A stretch of DNA of 64,000 bases from Nitrospinota bacterium (lineage in GTDB: Bacteria > Nitrospinota > Nitrospinia > Nitrospinales > VA-1). Each line of letters begins with the position of its first letter. Within the stretch, counting starts at the first letter, position 1. Shown piece by piece: positions 53,639-62,306 of the stretch. The notes below the pieces were generated by a model. That model had not been told where the DNA came from. It saw only the letters and a program-made list of their open reading frames with translations, and searched no databases. The DNA lies in NCBI GenBank assembly GCA_027619975.1, contig JAQCGX010000004.1, positions 25,508 through 89,507 on the forward strand. Reading direction: 5' to 3'. Both the position numbers and the translations under genes were made by a program.

Positions 53639-54451
53639 TTAAAGGTCGCGGACACAACGGAACCCGATATAGTTTTGGGGTTGATCGGGAATGGCTTTGC
53701 CGCGGATTGCCGAACGCGCAAGGTCCATATTCGACTGCCACGACCCCCCTTTTATGACTTTTAACAATTCTCCGTACATATCACTTTTCTGATTGTTTCC
53801 ATTATAAGGCTTATACCAGTCCGCCGTCCATTCCCAGACGTTCCCGGCCAGGTCTTGAATTCCGAAAGGACTCTTACTTTCTTCATAATCCCCCACCGGC
53901 GCCGTGTAGCGGTTACCATCTTCCATGCCCCGGACATTGGCCAGGGTTGGGTCCGGTTCATTGCCCCACGGATAATAACGGCCATCAGCGCCCCTGGCCG
54001 CTTTTTCCCATTCCGCTTCCGTAGGCAACCGCCCCTTGACCCATTGGCAATAATCCGCAGCATCCTGCCAGGAGACGCCCACAACAGGGTGGTTGGATTT
54101 ATTGAACTTCGGTTCAGCACTGTACTTGGATACGCTTCCCAGGACCTCTTTCCTGAATTTCTTAAATTCTTCGTTGGTCACCTCGTACTTATCCATATAA
54201 TATGCGTTCAGGTGCACCTGTCGCGCCGGAGTTTCATCCTGATACCAATCCAGAGATTCGGAAAAAAAAGTGGTCGCGACCCATTTGATATCCACCTCTG
54301 TGCTCCCCATCGTGAAGGGACCTGCGGGGATGAGAACCTGACCCGGTTTTTTAGGCGCATCCTCAAGCACGACACCACCCGCTGTGGATAAAAAAGAAAA
54401 AAAGATCCAACACAGGATCATCGCAACTCTGAGTGTCATTTTTTTGTTCAT
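53639..54451 (-). CDS. formylglycine-generating enzyme (SUMF1/FGE-sulfatase) family protein, secreted
   Basis: 270 aa. Signal peptide; ...VSWQDAADYCQWVKGRLPTEAEWEKAARG...GNVWEWTADWY...GGSWQS...IGFRCVRDL. Confidence 0.85.
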   Translation of the reverse strand: MNKKMTLRVAMILCWIFFSFLSTAGGVVLEDAPKKPGQVLIPAGPFTMGSTEVDIKWVATTFFSESLDWYQDETPARQVHLNAYYMDKYEVTNEEFKKFRKEVLGSVSKYSAEPKFNKSNHPVVGVSWQDAADYCQWVKGRLPTEAEWEKAARGADGRYYPWGNEPDPTLANVRGMEDGNRYTAPVGDYEESKSPFGIQDLAGNVWEWTADWYKPYNGNNQKSDMYGELLKVIKGGSWQSNMDLARSAIRGKAIPDQPQNYIGFRCVRDL

Positions 54452-54481
54452 AGAAAAAAACCCGATCTTCCTTCCTGTCAG

Positions 54482-55045
54482 CTATTTCGGAATCAATCCC
54501 GCCTTCTTAGCGTATTCAAAGATATTTCCCGCCCGAATTATTTCGATGACCTCTCCCAACGATTTTAACTGATAGGTCTTGTTGGAGGTTTTATTGGTCA
54601 ACGTTCCCGCGTCCACATCGATCGAGAGCATGTCGCCGGTTTTGATTTCATCCACCAGACGCACCTCGGATTCAAATGGAATGAAGAAACCGCCGTCCAC
54701 GGAATTGCGGTAGAAAATTCGAGCGAAGGACTCCGCCACCACGGCGTGGATACCGGCAATCTCCAGACACGCCGGGGCATGCTCCCTTGACGAACCACAG
54801 CCAAAATTTTTGCCACCAATGAGGATGGCATATTCCGACAGGTACTCGCCCTCCTTCACAAACGGGTGGTTGCCTTCGGGAAGACCCGCGCCCTCTTTCG
54901 GAACGCCCGAAAGGGAGAATTTCCCATAATTCTTTCTTTCTTCCGGCTCCGTCAAACTGTAAACCAGATGCTCGGCGGGAATGATTTGATCGGTGTCAAC
55001 ATCATTGCCCAGCACATAAGCCTTGCCTTCAATAAAGTGTTCCAT
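54482..55045 (-). CDS. leuD: 3-isopropylmalate dehydratase small subunit (type 2)
   Basis: 187 aa. ...GKNFGCGSSREHAPACLEIAGIHAVVAESFARIFYRN... Confidence 0.85.
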   Translation of the reverse strand: MEHFIEGKAYVLGNDVDTDQIIPAEHLVYSLTEPEERKNYGKFSLSGVPKEGAGLPEGNHPFVKEGEYLSEYAILIGGKNFGCGSSREHAPACLEIAGIHAVVAESFARIFYRNSVDGGFFIPFESEVRLVDEIKTGDMLSIDVDAGTLTNKTSNKTYQLKSLGEVIEIIRAGNIFEYAKKAGLIPK

Positions 55046-55064
55046 AAGTATTTTAAAACCAGTT

Positions 55065-56366
55065 TCAACTGTTGATAAATTCTCTTGGGTCGGTGATCCT
55101 GCCCGTCAGAGCTGACGCCGCCGCCGTGTAAGGGGACGCGAGATAAACCTGAGACTGCTTGGACCCCATTCGACCGGGGAAATTGCGGTTGGTGGTGGAA
55201 ATCACCACTTCCTCGGCATTGGCCCGGCCAAACGTATCCTTCGGCCCTCCCAGACACGCCGCACAGGAAGGCTCTCCTATCCTGGCTCCGGCATTTTTAA
55301 AAATGTCCATCAGGGTTTCCCCGTCCAGGGTTTCTTTATAAAGATCCTGCTCCACTTCCCGGGTGGCGGGAACGATGAAGGTTTCGATCGCCACTTTTTT
55401 GCCCTTGAGCAATTGCGCCGCCGCGATAAAGTCGGTCAGCTTGCCGCCGGTGCAGGAACCTATATAGGATCGGTCCAGCTTAACGTCCTGACATTCTCTG
55501 ACCAGGGCTTTGTTGTCCGGCGAATGAGGTTTCGCGACAACCGGCTCCATCTCGCCTGCCTTGTAGGTTTTTGTGAAATAATAATTGGCGTCCGCATCGG
55601 AATGATAAATTTTGTAAGGCTTGTCGGTCCTGGTTTTCAAATATTCCAAGGTCACATCGTCGGCCTCAATCACCGCATTTTTTCCGCCGGCTTCAATGGC
55701 CATGTTGCAAAGCGTCATCCGCTCTTCCATCGAAAATTTATAGACGGCATCCCCTGCCCATTCCATGGCACGGTAGGTCGCGCCATCGACGCCGATGTCG
55801 CCGATGACCTGCAGGAGGATGTCCTTGGCCATGATATACGGCGGGAAGGTTCCGGTGAATTCAAAGCGCATGGTTTCCGGAACCTTGAGCCAAATTTTTC
55901 CGGTTCCCAGAATAAACGCGGCGTCGGTGTTGCCGATTCCGGTGGAAAACATGCCAAACGCGCCGGAGGTACAGGTGTGCGAATCGGTTCCGAACAATAT
56001 CTCGCCGGGGCGATTGTGCCCTTCCTGCGCCAGGGCGATATGGCAGACGCCTTTATAATTTTCAGTGCCCACATCGTAATAGTAGGGAAGGTCCTGCTCT
56101 TTGACGAACTCGCGCAGGATGTCTATATTGCGGTTGGCGTGCTTGTCGGATGTAAAAATATAATGATCCGGGATGATGACCACTTTCTCCCGGTCCCAGA
56201 CCTTGGCGTTTTCGCCGAATTGCTTTTTAAAAATACCAATGGTCCCCGGACCACAAACGTCGTGGGTCATCAGCACATCCACGTCCACCCAGATGTTGTC
56301 CCCAGGTCGAACCGATTCTTTTCCCGCGTGCGCGGCAAGTATCTTTTCCGTCACTGTCATTCCCAT
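55065..56366 (-). CDS. leuC: 3-isopropylmalate dehydratase large subunit (type 2)
   Basis: 433 aa. MTVTEKILAAHAG...MTHDVCGP...GTDSHTCTSGAFG...GSCTGG... aconitase-family motifs. Confidence 0.9.
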   Translation of the reverse strand: MGMTVTEKILAAHAGKESVRPGDNIWVDVDVLMTHDVCGPGTIGIFKKQFGENAKVWDREKVVIIPDHYIFTSDKHANRNIDILREFVKEQDLPYYYDVGTENYKGVCHIALAQEGHNRPGEILFGTDSHTCTSGAFGMFSTGIGNTDAAFILGTGKIWLKVPETMRFEFTGTFPPYIMAKDILLQVIGDIGVDGATYRAMEWAGDAVYKFSMEERMTLCNMAIEAGGKNAVIEADDVTLEYLKTRTDKPYKIYHSDADANYYFTKTYKAGEMEPVVAKPHSPDNKALVRECQDVKLDRSYIGSCTGGKLTDFIAAAQLLKGKKVAIETFIVPATREVEQDLYKETLDGETLMDIFKNAGARIGEPSCAACLGGPKDTFGRANAEEVVISTTNRNFPGRMGSKQSQVYLASPYTAAASALTGRITDPREFINS

Positions 56367-56633
56367 GAAACAGTCTCCCTCCTGAACCCAGATTTACCTG
56401 GGCAGAATCCAGCATTCATCTTAAGCTTAAAAAAAACAATCAGTTCACATCGCCCTGTCAATAATGAGAGCAATGGCTATAGTTTTTTACTTCAGCGTCC
56501 GTTAAGAGTATAAAATACCATTTAAACCTGCTGGTACGAACAAATTTTTAAAAAATATTCTCTTATCATCCCGGCTTTCACCACAAAAGTCTTTGATAGT
56601 AAACGGTAAAAGCCCGATTCCCACTTGCACCCT

Positions 56634-57686
56634 ATGCTCAGTCTGGTTCTCGATACATTTAACCGATTGAAATATAAGATCCCCGCCAAGCCGCGCCATA
56701 TTCAGATTGAAGTCACCAATCGTTGCAATATGGACTGTTCCATGTGCCCCAGAGAAGATCTTGAGATCGAGCTGGAACACATGGACTGGGATAAATTCGC
56801 CGCCGTTGTCGAGCAATTGCAGGGCACAGAAGACATCACCCTCACCGGCTGGGGAGAACCCTTTCTTCACCCCAGAATATTCGATATGATCGCCTTCTGC
56901 AAGGACCGTGGGCACAAGGTCATGATCACCTCCAACGGCTTGTTCACCAAACCCGCCATTGCAGAACAGATCCTCCAGTCCGGCCTCGATACCCTCACGT
57001 TTTCCATCGACCGCGTGGAAGGAAGCGACAGCGCCGAGGAAGGTCACAACAACAACGGGGTGTACCAGAATATTGAAAAGGTGGCCCGGATGCGGAAAAA
57101 GGGGAGTCTCTCCCTGCGCCTGCAATCGACCTTGCATGCGGACTGTGAAAACGATCTTTATGACGTGATCCGCTATGCCGGAAAAATCGGCTGTGAAGTG
57201 GTGAATGTCGGACGCCTGGATCGGAAATACGCCCCCAACCTGAAACGCCCCAACTTGAAGGAAGAGGAGCGCATTTTCCAGAACGCAAACCGGGTCGCCA
57301 AGTCCCAGGGCGTGCAACTGGACTGGATTCAGTACTCCGTTTCCAAAGGCATCATGCGGTTTGCCTACAAGCTGTTGCGCAAAAAGCTGCACCGCTCCGG
57401 TAAATACTGCCTGAAAACTTTCGACAACGCCTATATCAGCCGCGAGGGCAACGTCACCCCCTGCTGTCTGTTGCCCGAAGCGAAGATGGGCAATATGCTC
57501 GATCAAAACCTGGAGGCTATCTGGCAGAGCGACGGATTCAACGATTTCCGGGAAAACTACAGGGATACCTGCGGGTCCTGCGATTTGTGGACCATCTCCC
57601 AGGTGGACATGGGGGAACAAAATTCGAGTCAACCAGATAGAAACTCGGATGCGTTGGCAGAGAATCCATCGCCCGTTAACGTTTGA
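56634..57686 (+). CDS. radical SAM/SPASM domain protein
   Basis: ATG 56634. Cluster motif CNMDCSMC; C-terminal auxiliary-cluster Cys pattern ...GNVTPCCLLPEAKMGN...RDTCGSCDLW. Confidence 0.8.
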   Translation: MLSLVLDTFNRLKYKIPAKPRHIQIEVTNRCNMDCSMCPREDLEIELEHMDWDKFAAVVEQLQGTEDITLTGWGEPFLHPRIFDMIAFCKDRGHKVMITSNGLFTKPAIAEQILQSGLDTLTFSIDRVEGSDSAEEGHNNNGVYQNIEKVARMRKKGSLSLRLQSTLHADCENDLYDVIRYAGKIGCEVVNVGRLDRKYAPNLKRPNLKEEERIFQNANRVAKSQGVQLDWIQYSVSKGIMRFAYKLLRKKLHRSGKYCLKTFDNAYISREGNVTPCCLLPEAKMGNMLDQNLEAIWQSDGFNDFRENYRDTCGSCDLWTISQVDMGEQNSSQPDRNSDALAENPSPVNV

Positions 57687-57939
57687 CCCACCCCCAGGCG
57701 GGCACGGCAATTAGCCAACCCCCTCTCCCCCCTAAACCGCTCTTACATTTCCAATAAAAGCCATTCGCGCTTCTCTGCAACCCATTGTTATTTATTGCAG
57801 GATTTTCATGTATATTGTAGGGTACGCATCGGCTGGAAGAGATTGTGTTTGTTGGGTTAATCAGATTAAACCCAAAAATACCCCCTCATCCGGCTCTGCT
57901 GGGCGCTGAAATCATACTGTAAAATTACATTGGACCCGG

Positions 57940-59391
57940 ATGCAAAACCGCGAAGATAACTCCCAGATCATTGTCGATCGCCGACCGTTGTGGATCGTCA
58001 TTCTCGATAGAATGCGGCGACCCATTCTGCTGACCTTGATCTTTGCGGTTTTTTTGATCCTGCTGAATCAGGAAGGCCCTCAGGATCTGTCCCCTGAGGG
58101 TTATAAGGTCCTCTGCGTGTTTTTTCTCTGCGTCAGCCTGTGGTCCACCAACCTCATCCCGCTATCCATCACCAGCCTCTTGGCAATCGCCCTGATTCCC
58201 CTGCTGGGAATTATGGAAGCCTCACAGGTCTATTCTTTTTTTGGCAACCGGGCGGTCTTCTTCATTCTGGGCGTTTTCATTTTATCGGCGGCGATGGTCG
58301 GGTCGGGCTTGAGTGTCCGCCTGTCGATGTGGGTGATGGAGCATTTTGGCGGCACTCCCAAAAAACTGATCACATCGATTTATTTTTTTGGCGCCATCAG
58401 TTCCTGTTTCATGTCCGAGCACGCGGTCGCGACCATGCTGTTTCCGATCCTGACGGAAATCGTCAGCGCTCTGAACCTGCAAAGGGGGACATCGGTTTTT
58501 GCCAAGGCTTTATTTTTTGCCATGGCCTGGGGGTGCATCATCGGCGGGGCCATGACGGTTCTGGGCGGCGGGCGGGTTCCTCTCGCCGTTGAGATTCTTG
58601 AAAAATCGACCGAGGGAACCAGCACCATCGGCATTCTGGAATACACGCAGTTGAGTTTTCCTCTGGTGGTGTTGCTCTTCCTCTGCGGCTGGGTGGTTCT
58701 GGTCACGATGTTTCCTCCTGATCTTGACGACATCAAACCCGCTCAGGATATTCTGGCGAAAAAACATCAAACTCTAGGAGCCATGACATTTCAGGAAAAA
58801 GGCATCGCCGTGGTGATGGGAGCTACCCTGTTCACCTGGTTTGGTTATGGAGATGCACTGGGAATCGCGAACATCGCCATCCTTTCTCTGGTCCTGTTAT
58901 TTTCGCTCAACCTCATCAATTGGAAAATGGTCGAACCGCATATCAACTGGGCCATCATTTTGATGTATGGGGGCGCCATCTGCCTGGGCGAAGTCATGGC
59001 CACGTCAGGAGCGGCTTTGTGGCTGTCGCAATCTCTTTTCGAGGGGACGGTGCAATCGGGGTTCCTGTTCTTGATTTCCATCGCCGGGCTTTCCCTGTTG
59101 TTCACCACCATCATGAGCAACTCGGCGGTGATCGCAATCCTTCTGCCGCCTGCCATCAGCATGTGTGAGGCTTATGGAATCAGTCCAGCGCTTGCAACCC
59201 TGACCGTTATTTTGCCCAGCAATTTCGCGTTCAGCCTGCCCATCGGCACGCCGGCCTCCGCACTCGCCTATTCTTCGAGATACATCACGCTTGGGGAAAT
59301 GATTCGGGCCGGGTCTCTGCTCAGCCTGCTGGGTATGGGGTGCTATCTTTTCCTGCTGTTTGTTTACTGGCCGATGATCGGGTTCAAATAA
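57940..59391 (+). CDS. SLC13/DASS-type anion:sodium symporter family permease
   Basis: 483 aa, polytopic, with duplicated hairpin-motif regions (…FMSEHAVATMLFPI… and …IMSNSAVIAILLPP…), typical of the DASS/ArsB-NhaD superfamily. Confidence 0.7.
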   Translation: MQNREDNSQIIVDRRPLWIVILDRMRRPILLTLIFAVFLILLNQEGPQDLSPEGYKVLCVFFLCVSLWSTNLIPLSITSLLAIALIPLLGIMEASQVYSFFGNRAVFFILGVFILSAAMVGSGLSVRLSMWVMEHFGGTPKKLITSIYFFGAISSCFMSEHAVATMLFPILTEIVSALNLQRGTSVFAKALFFAMAWGCIIGGAMTVLGGGRVPLAVEILEKSTEGTSTIGILEYTQLSFPLVVLLFLCGWVVLVTMFPPDLDDIKPAQDILAKKHQTLGAMTFQEKGIAVVMGATLFTWFGYGDALGIANIAILSLVLLFSLNLINWKMVEPHINWAIILMYGGAICLGEVMATSGAALWLSQSLFEGTVQSGFLFLISIAGLSLLFTTIMSNSAVIAILLPPAISMCEAYGISPALATLTVILPSNFAFSLPIGTPASALAYSSRYITLGEMIRAGSLLSLLGMGCYLFLLFVYWPMIGFK

Positions 59392-59700
59392 AATGAGGCA
59401 GGCTCAGGGAGATCCGAGAGGGAACGGACCCCCCTGAGTGCTCAGTGGACGGAAAAATTTGTCTTAAATTTTCCCGCACTACATTCTTACTTTGGATAAT
59501 TTTAATTGAGCAAAACCTATGCCATTAGCGGCACACCCCATACCCTTTCCACGCAATCGAGGGGATTTCAAAGCATACCCTGAATACGGTATTTTTGAGG
59601 CGTCACTGAACATCAAAACTCGATATCAATGTATGAAACACCTGTGTGGTATTGTTGACACAGCAACCACCCCACTCCAATAAGAGGCCTTTTTTCAATC

Positions 59701-60045
59701 ATGACAATTCCAAAAGTGCTGGAAATCCAACCTTTGGTTTTAAAGAAATGCATGGATGCCGGAGAAGATATTTGCCTGGTCGATGTCCGCGAAGCCTGGG
59801 AACACTCGCTGGCGGCGATTCCCGGCTCTGAACATATTCCCATAGGCGAACTGGTGGACCGTGTGCAGGAACTGCTTTACGAGGAGAACATCGTGGTGTA
59901 CTGCCATGTGGGAGAACGGTCTTACCGGGGAGCGATAATCTTAATGGAGTCGGGATTTAAAAACGTGCACAACCTGGTAGGCGGCATCGACGGCTGGTCG
60001 CAGGTGGTTGACGCTTCGGTGCCGAGGTATCGAGCTGGGGGTTAA
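59701..60045 (+). CDS. rhodanese-like domain protein
   Basis: 114 aa with the active-site loop CHVGERSYRG. Confidence 0.8.
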   Translation: MTIPKVLEIQPLVLKKCMDAGEDICLVDVREAWEHSLAAIPGSEHIPIGELVDRVQELLYEENIVVYCHVGERSYRGAIILMESGFKNVHNLVGGIDGWSQVVDASVPRYRAGG

Positions 60046-60060
60046 GAGCCTAAATCGTCC

Positions 60061-61530
60061 TCACTTCCCTTCAATCTTCTCCATCAACACGTCACGCATG
60101 GCCTGGGCGGGGGCTTTGTTTCTGGTCCACATTTCGAATTGACCGACCGCCTGGTTGATGAACAATTCCACGCCGGAGATGACCGTGCATCCGGCCTCCC
60201 TGGCTTCCTTGAGGAGACGGGTTTCAGGCGGATTGTAAACCGAATCAAACACCACCATCCCCGGTTTTAAATTGCGATTGGAGAACGGCGTTGTATCGAC
60301 ATTGGGGTTCATGCCCACAGGCGAACAGTTGATCACCACATCGTAATCGTGGTCGTCGATATCGCGGATGCTGGCCAGCCGGCAATCCAGCTCTTTTGCC
60401 AGCTGTACACCGCGCTCTTTATTTTTGTTGTAGGTCACCGTCAGATTAGCCCCCTTGGCGACCACGCCATAACCGATGGCCTTCGCCGTGCCGCCGGAGC
60501 CGATGATCAAAACATTTTTATCTTTTAAATCCAGATGCGTCTCCAACGCCTGAATGGCGCCGCTGCAATCGGTGTTATAACCTTTCCAGCCAGCGTCCTC
60601 CTTGACCACCGTATTCACAGCGCCAATTTTTTGCGCCGTTGCATCAACCGCATCGAGAAGAGGCATGATTTTCTCCTTGAACGGCATAGTCACGCTGAGC
60701 CCGGAGAAAAACTCTTTGAACTCGTTAAAAAACTTTTCCACATTTTTGACCAGAAACGACACGTAGATGTCGTTCGACCCGATTTCCTGAAAGGCGCGGT
60801 TGTGGATCAGATAGCCCATGCTTTTTGACACCGGGTTGCCGATGACTCCGTAAATTTTAAAGTTTTCCCTTGGACGATCGGCGCGATAAATATTTTTGAG
60901 GGTACTGGCGAGAATCTGTCCTGGGGCGCTTTCCTTGCCCGTCTCCAGGGAACCAAAAGTCAGGAACCCTCCAAACAGCGGAGACAGCACACGGCTGATT
61001 TCGCCGTTGTCTCCCATGCACAAGGCGATCAGTTTCCGGTTCTCAATTCGCGCCCGTTCGAGCAATTTAAACATTTTTAAATTGTCGTTGATATCTTGAG
61101 CGTAGGTCACTATCTTCAAAATATCTCCCGGTAAATCGCACATGATCTCGTAAAGCGGTTCGAGGTCTTCCAGGGTGTTGCTGAAATTATGGTAGGAGAG
61201 AATGACCTGGGTCTTGCTTTTATTTTCAAGAACCGATTGCAATAATTCTTTCGGCGTCGAAGTTTCGATGTCGATATAATCCACGCCCGCCACAATCGCC
61301 TGGCGCAAAATTTCGACGCGCTCCTCTTCCGAGCCTTTAAACTGACCGCCTTCCAGCTTTGTGCGGTTGGTGACGATCAGGGGAAGCTTTGTTGCCTGCA
61401 TGAGTGCTGGCAAATCGAATCGGGCGATCAAATCGAGACGCAGTTCAATAATATCCGCTATCTTTTCCGCGGCGGAAATATCTTCTAAAGCCTTCTGCAT
61501 GGAAGGGCCGACGATGGGGATGCAAATCAT
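60061..61530 (-). CDS. aroDE: bifunctional 3-dehydroquinate dehydratase (type I) / shikimate dehydrogenase
   Basis: 489 aa. The N-terminal half is AroD-like (MICIPIVGPS...IIELRLDL...YIDIE...ILSYHNF). The C-terminal half is AroE-like (YGVIGNPVSKSMGYLIHN...IIGSGGTAKAIGYG). Confidence 0.85.
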   Translation of the reverse strand: MICIPIVGPSMQKALEDISAAEKIADIIELRLDLIARFDLPALMQATKLPLIVTNRTKLEGGQFKGSEEERVEILRQAIVAGVDYIDIETSTPKELLQSVLENKSKTQVILSYHNFSNTLEDLEPLYEIMCDLPGDILKIVTYAQDINDNLKMFKLLERARIENRKLIALCMGDNGEISRVLSPLFGGFLTFGSLETGKESAPGQILASTLKNIYRADRPRENFKIYGVIGNPVSKSMGYLIHNRAFQEIGSNDIYVSFLVKNVEKFFNEFKEFFSGLSVTMPFKEKIMPLLDAVDATAQKIGAVNTVVKEDAGWKGYNTDCSGAIQALETHLDLKDKNVLIIGSGGTAKAIGYGVVAKGANLTVTYNKNKERGVQLAKELDCRLASIRDIDDHDYDVVINCSPVGMNPNVDTTPFSNRNLKPGMVVFDSVYNPPETRLLKEAREAGCTVISGVELFINQAVGQFEMWTRNKAPAQAMRDVLMEKIEGK

Positions 61531-61574
61531 AAGTTTGTTTTATCAAAAAGGGGTAATAGAAGTTGGGCCTGCAA

Positions 61575-61841
61575 CTAATCAGGCCCCATTCTTGAGAGAT
61601 TCCTTGGCGTTGTCAAGGGCTTTGGGTTTGCCCTCTTCAACCTCAGTTGGCTTTTGGGGACGGGTGCGGTTTGCGCGTCCTGATTCTCCTGCAACAGGCG
61701 CTCGGCGGTCGATGAAATAGAAACCCGGTCCACCTGACCTTGAGCGCTTTTGAACGGATACTTCTGGTTCAATTCGGCGATCCGGTTCTGGTTCTGGTAA
61801 ACCTTGGAAATTTGAGTGCTGCGAACAATTGAAAAGTCCAT
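61575..61841 (-). CDS. small hypothetical protein in the flagellar cluster (weak FlgM-like resemblance)
   Basis: 88 aa. The only cue is ...DRVSISSTAERL..., which resembles the FlgM V-x-L-S-x-x-A segment, plus genomic position. Confidence 0.35.
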   Translation of the reverse strand: MDFSIVRSTQISKVYQNQNRIAELNQKYPFKSAQGQVDRVSISSTAERLLQENQDAQTAPVPKSQLRLKRANPKPLTTPRNLSRMGPD

Positions 61842-61859
61842 AGTATTTTCTTTAAAAGG

Positions 61860-62306
61860 TTAAGCGTTTTTTGAAATTTTTGGTTTTATGCGTTGCGATA
61901 TTTTGTATCCCTTCAGCAGGGCTTTCCTATCCTTGAGATCGAGGATCTTGTCCTGAACCAGAAATTTTCTGGCGAGCAATTCCGCCTGGCAGTCATTTTC
62001 CAGCGCGATGATTTGCTCCAAAACAGCCGCCACCTCTTCTCTCAGGCTCGCCGCTGCCTTCTCGATTTGGATCGATGTTTCCCCGTTCCATCCTGTAAGT
62101 AGTTCTTCAATCCGGGCTTCATTTTTCCGCGTGACTTGCAGGATGTTGTCCTTTTCTTCCATGATGGCCTGCAATCGGGTTTCGTCTTCCTGTTGAATGC
62201 GACCCACCTGCTCTTTCACAAGCAGCAACAGCTGGTCGTAGCATTTTTTCTCTTCCTGCAAAAATTCCAGAACGGCTTTTGCCGGTTGGTTTTGTTTCAT
62301 ATTCAA
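61860..62306 (-). CDS. FlgN-like flagellar export chaperone
   Basis: 148 aa, helical. LEFLQEEKKCYDQLLLLVKEQVGRIQQEDETRLQAIMEEKDNIL fits the FlgN family pattern. There is a 4-nt overlap with fliD. Confidence 0.55.
   Translation of the reverse strand: MNMKQNQPAKAVLEFLQEEKKCYDQLLLLVKEQVGRIQQEDETRLQAIMEEKDNILQVTRKNEARIEELLTGWNGETSIQIEKAAASLREEVAAVLEQIIALENDCQAELLARKFLVQDKILDLKDRKALLKGYKISQRIKPKISKNA

Noticed and set aside
53639-54451. The FGE-fold protein as a diversity-generating retroelement target
   Set aside because: I saw no reverse transcriptase and no template-repeat copy of its C-terminal region anywhere in the window.
55413-56513. 366-aa ORF on the plus strand
   Set aside because: It is antisense to leuC, whose identity is unambiguous. 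There are no recognisable motifs.
56502-57710. 402-aa ORF on the minus strand
   Set aside because: It is entirely antisense to the well-supported radical SAM/SPASM gene. The sequence is low-complexity (G/V/H/F-rich) with no motifs, typical of a shadow ORF.
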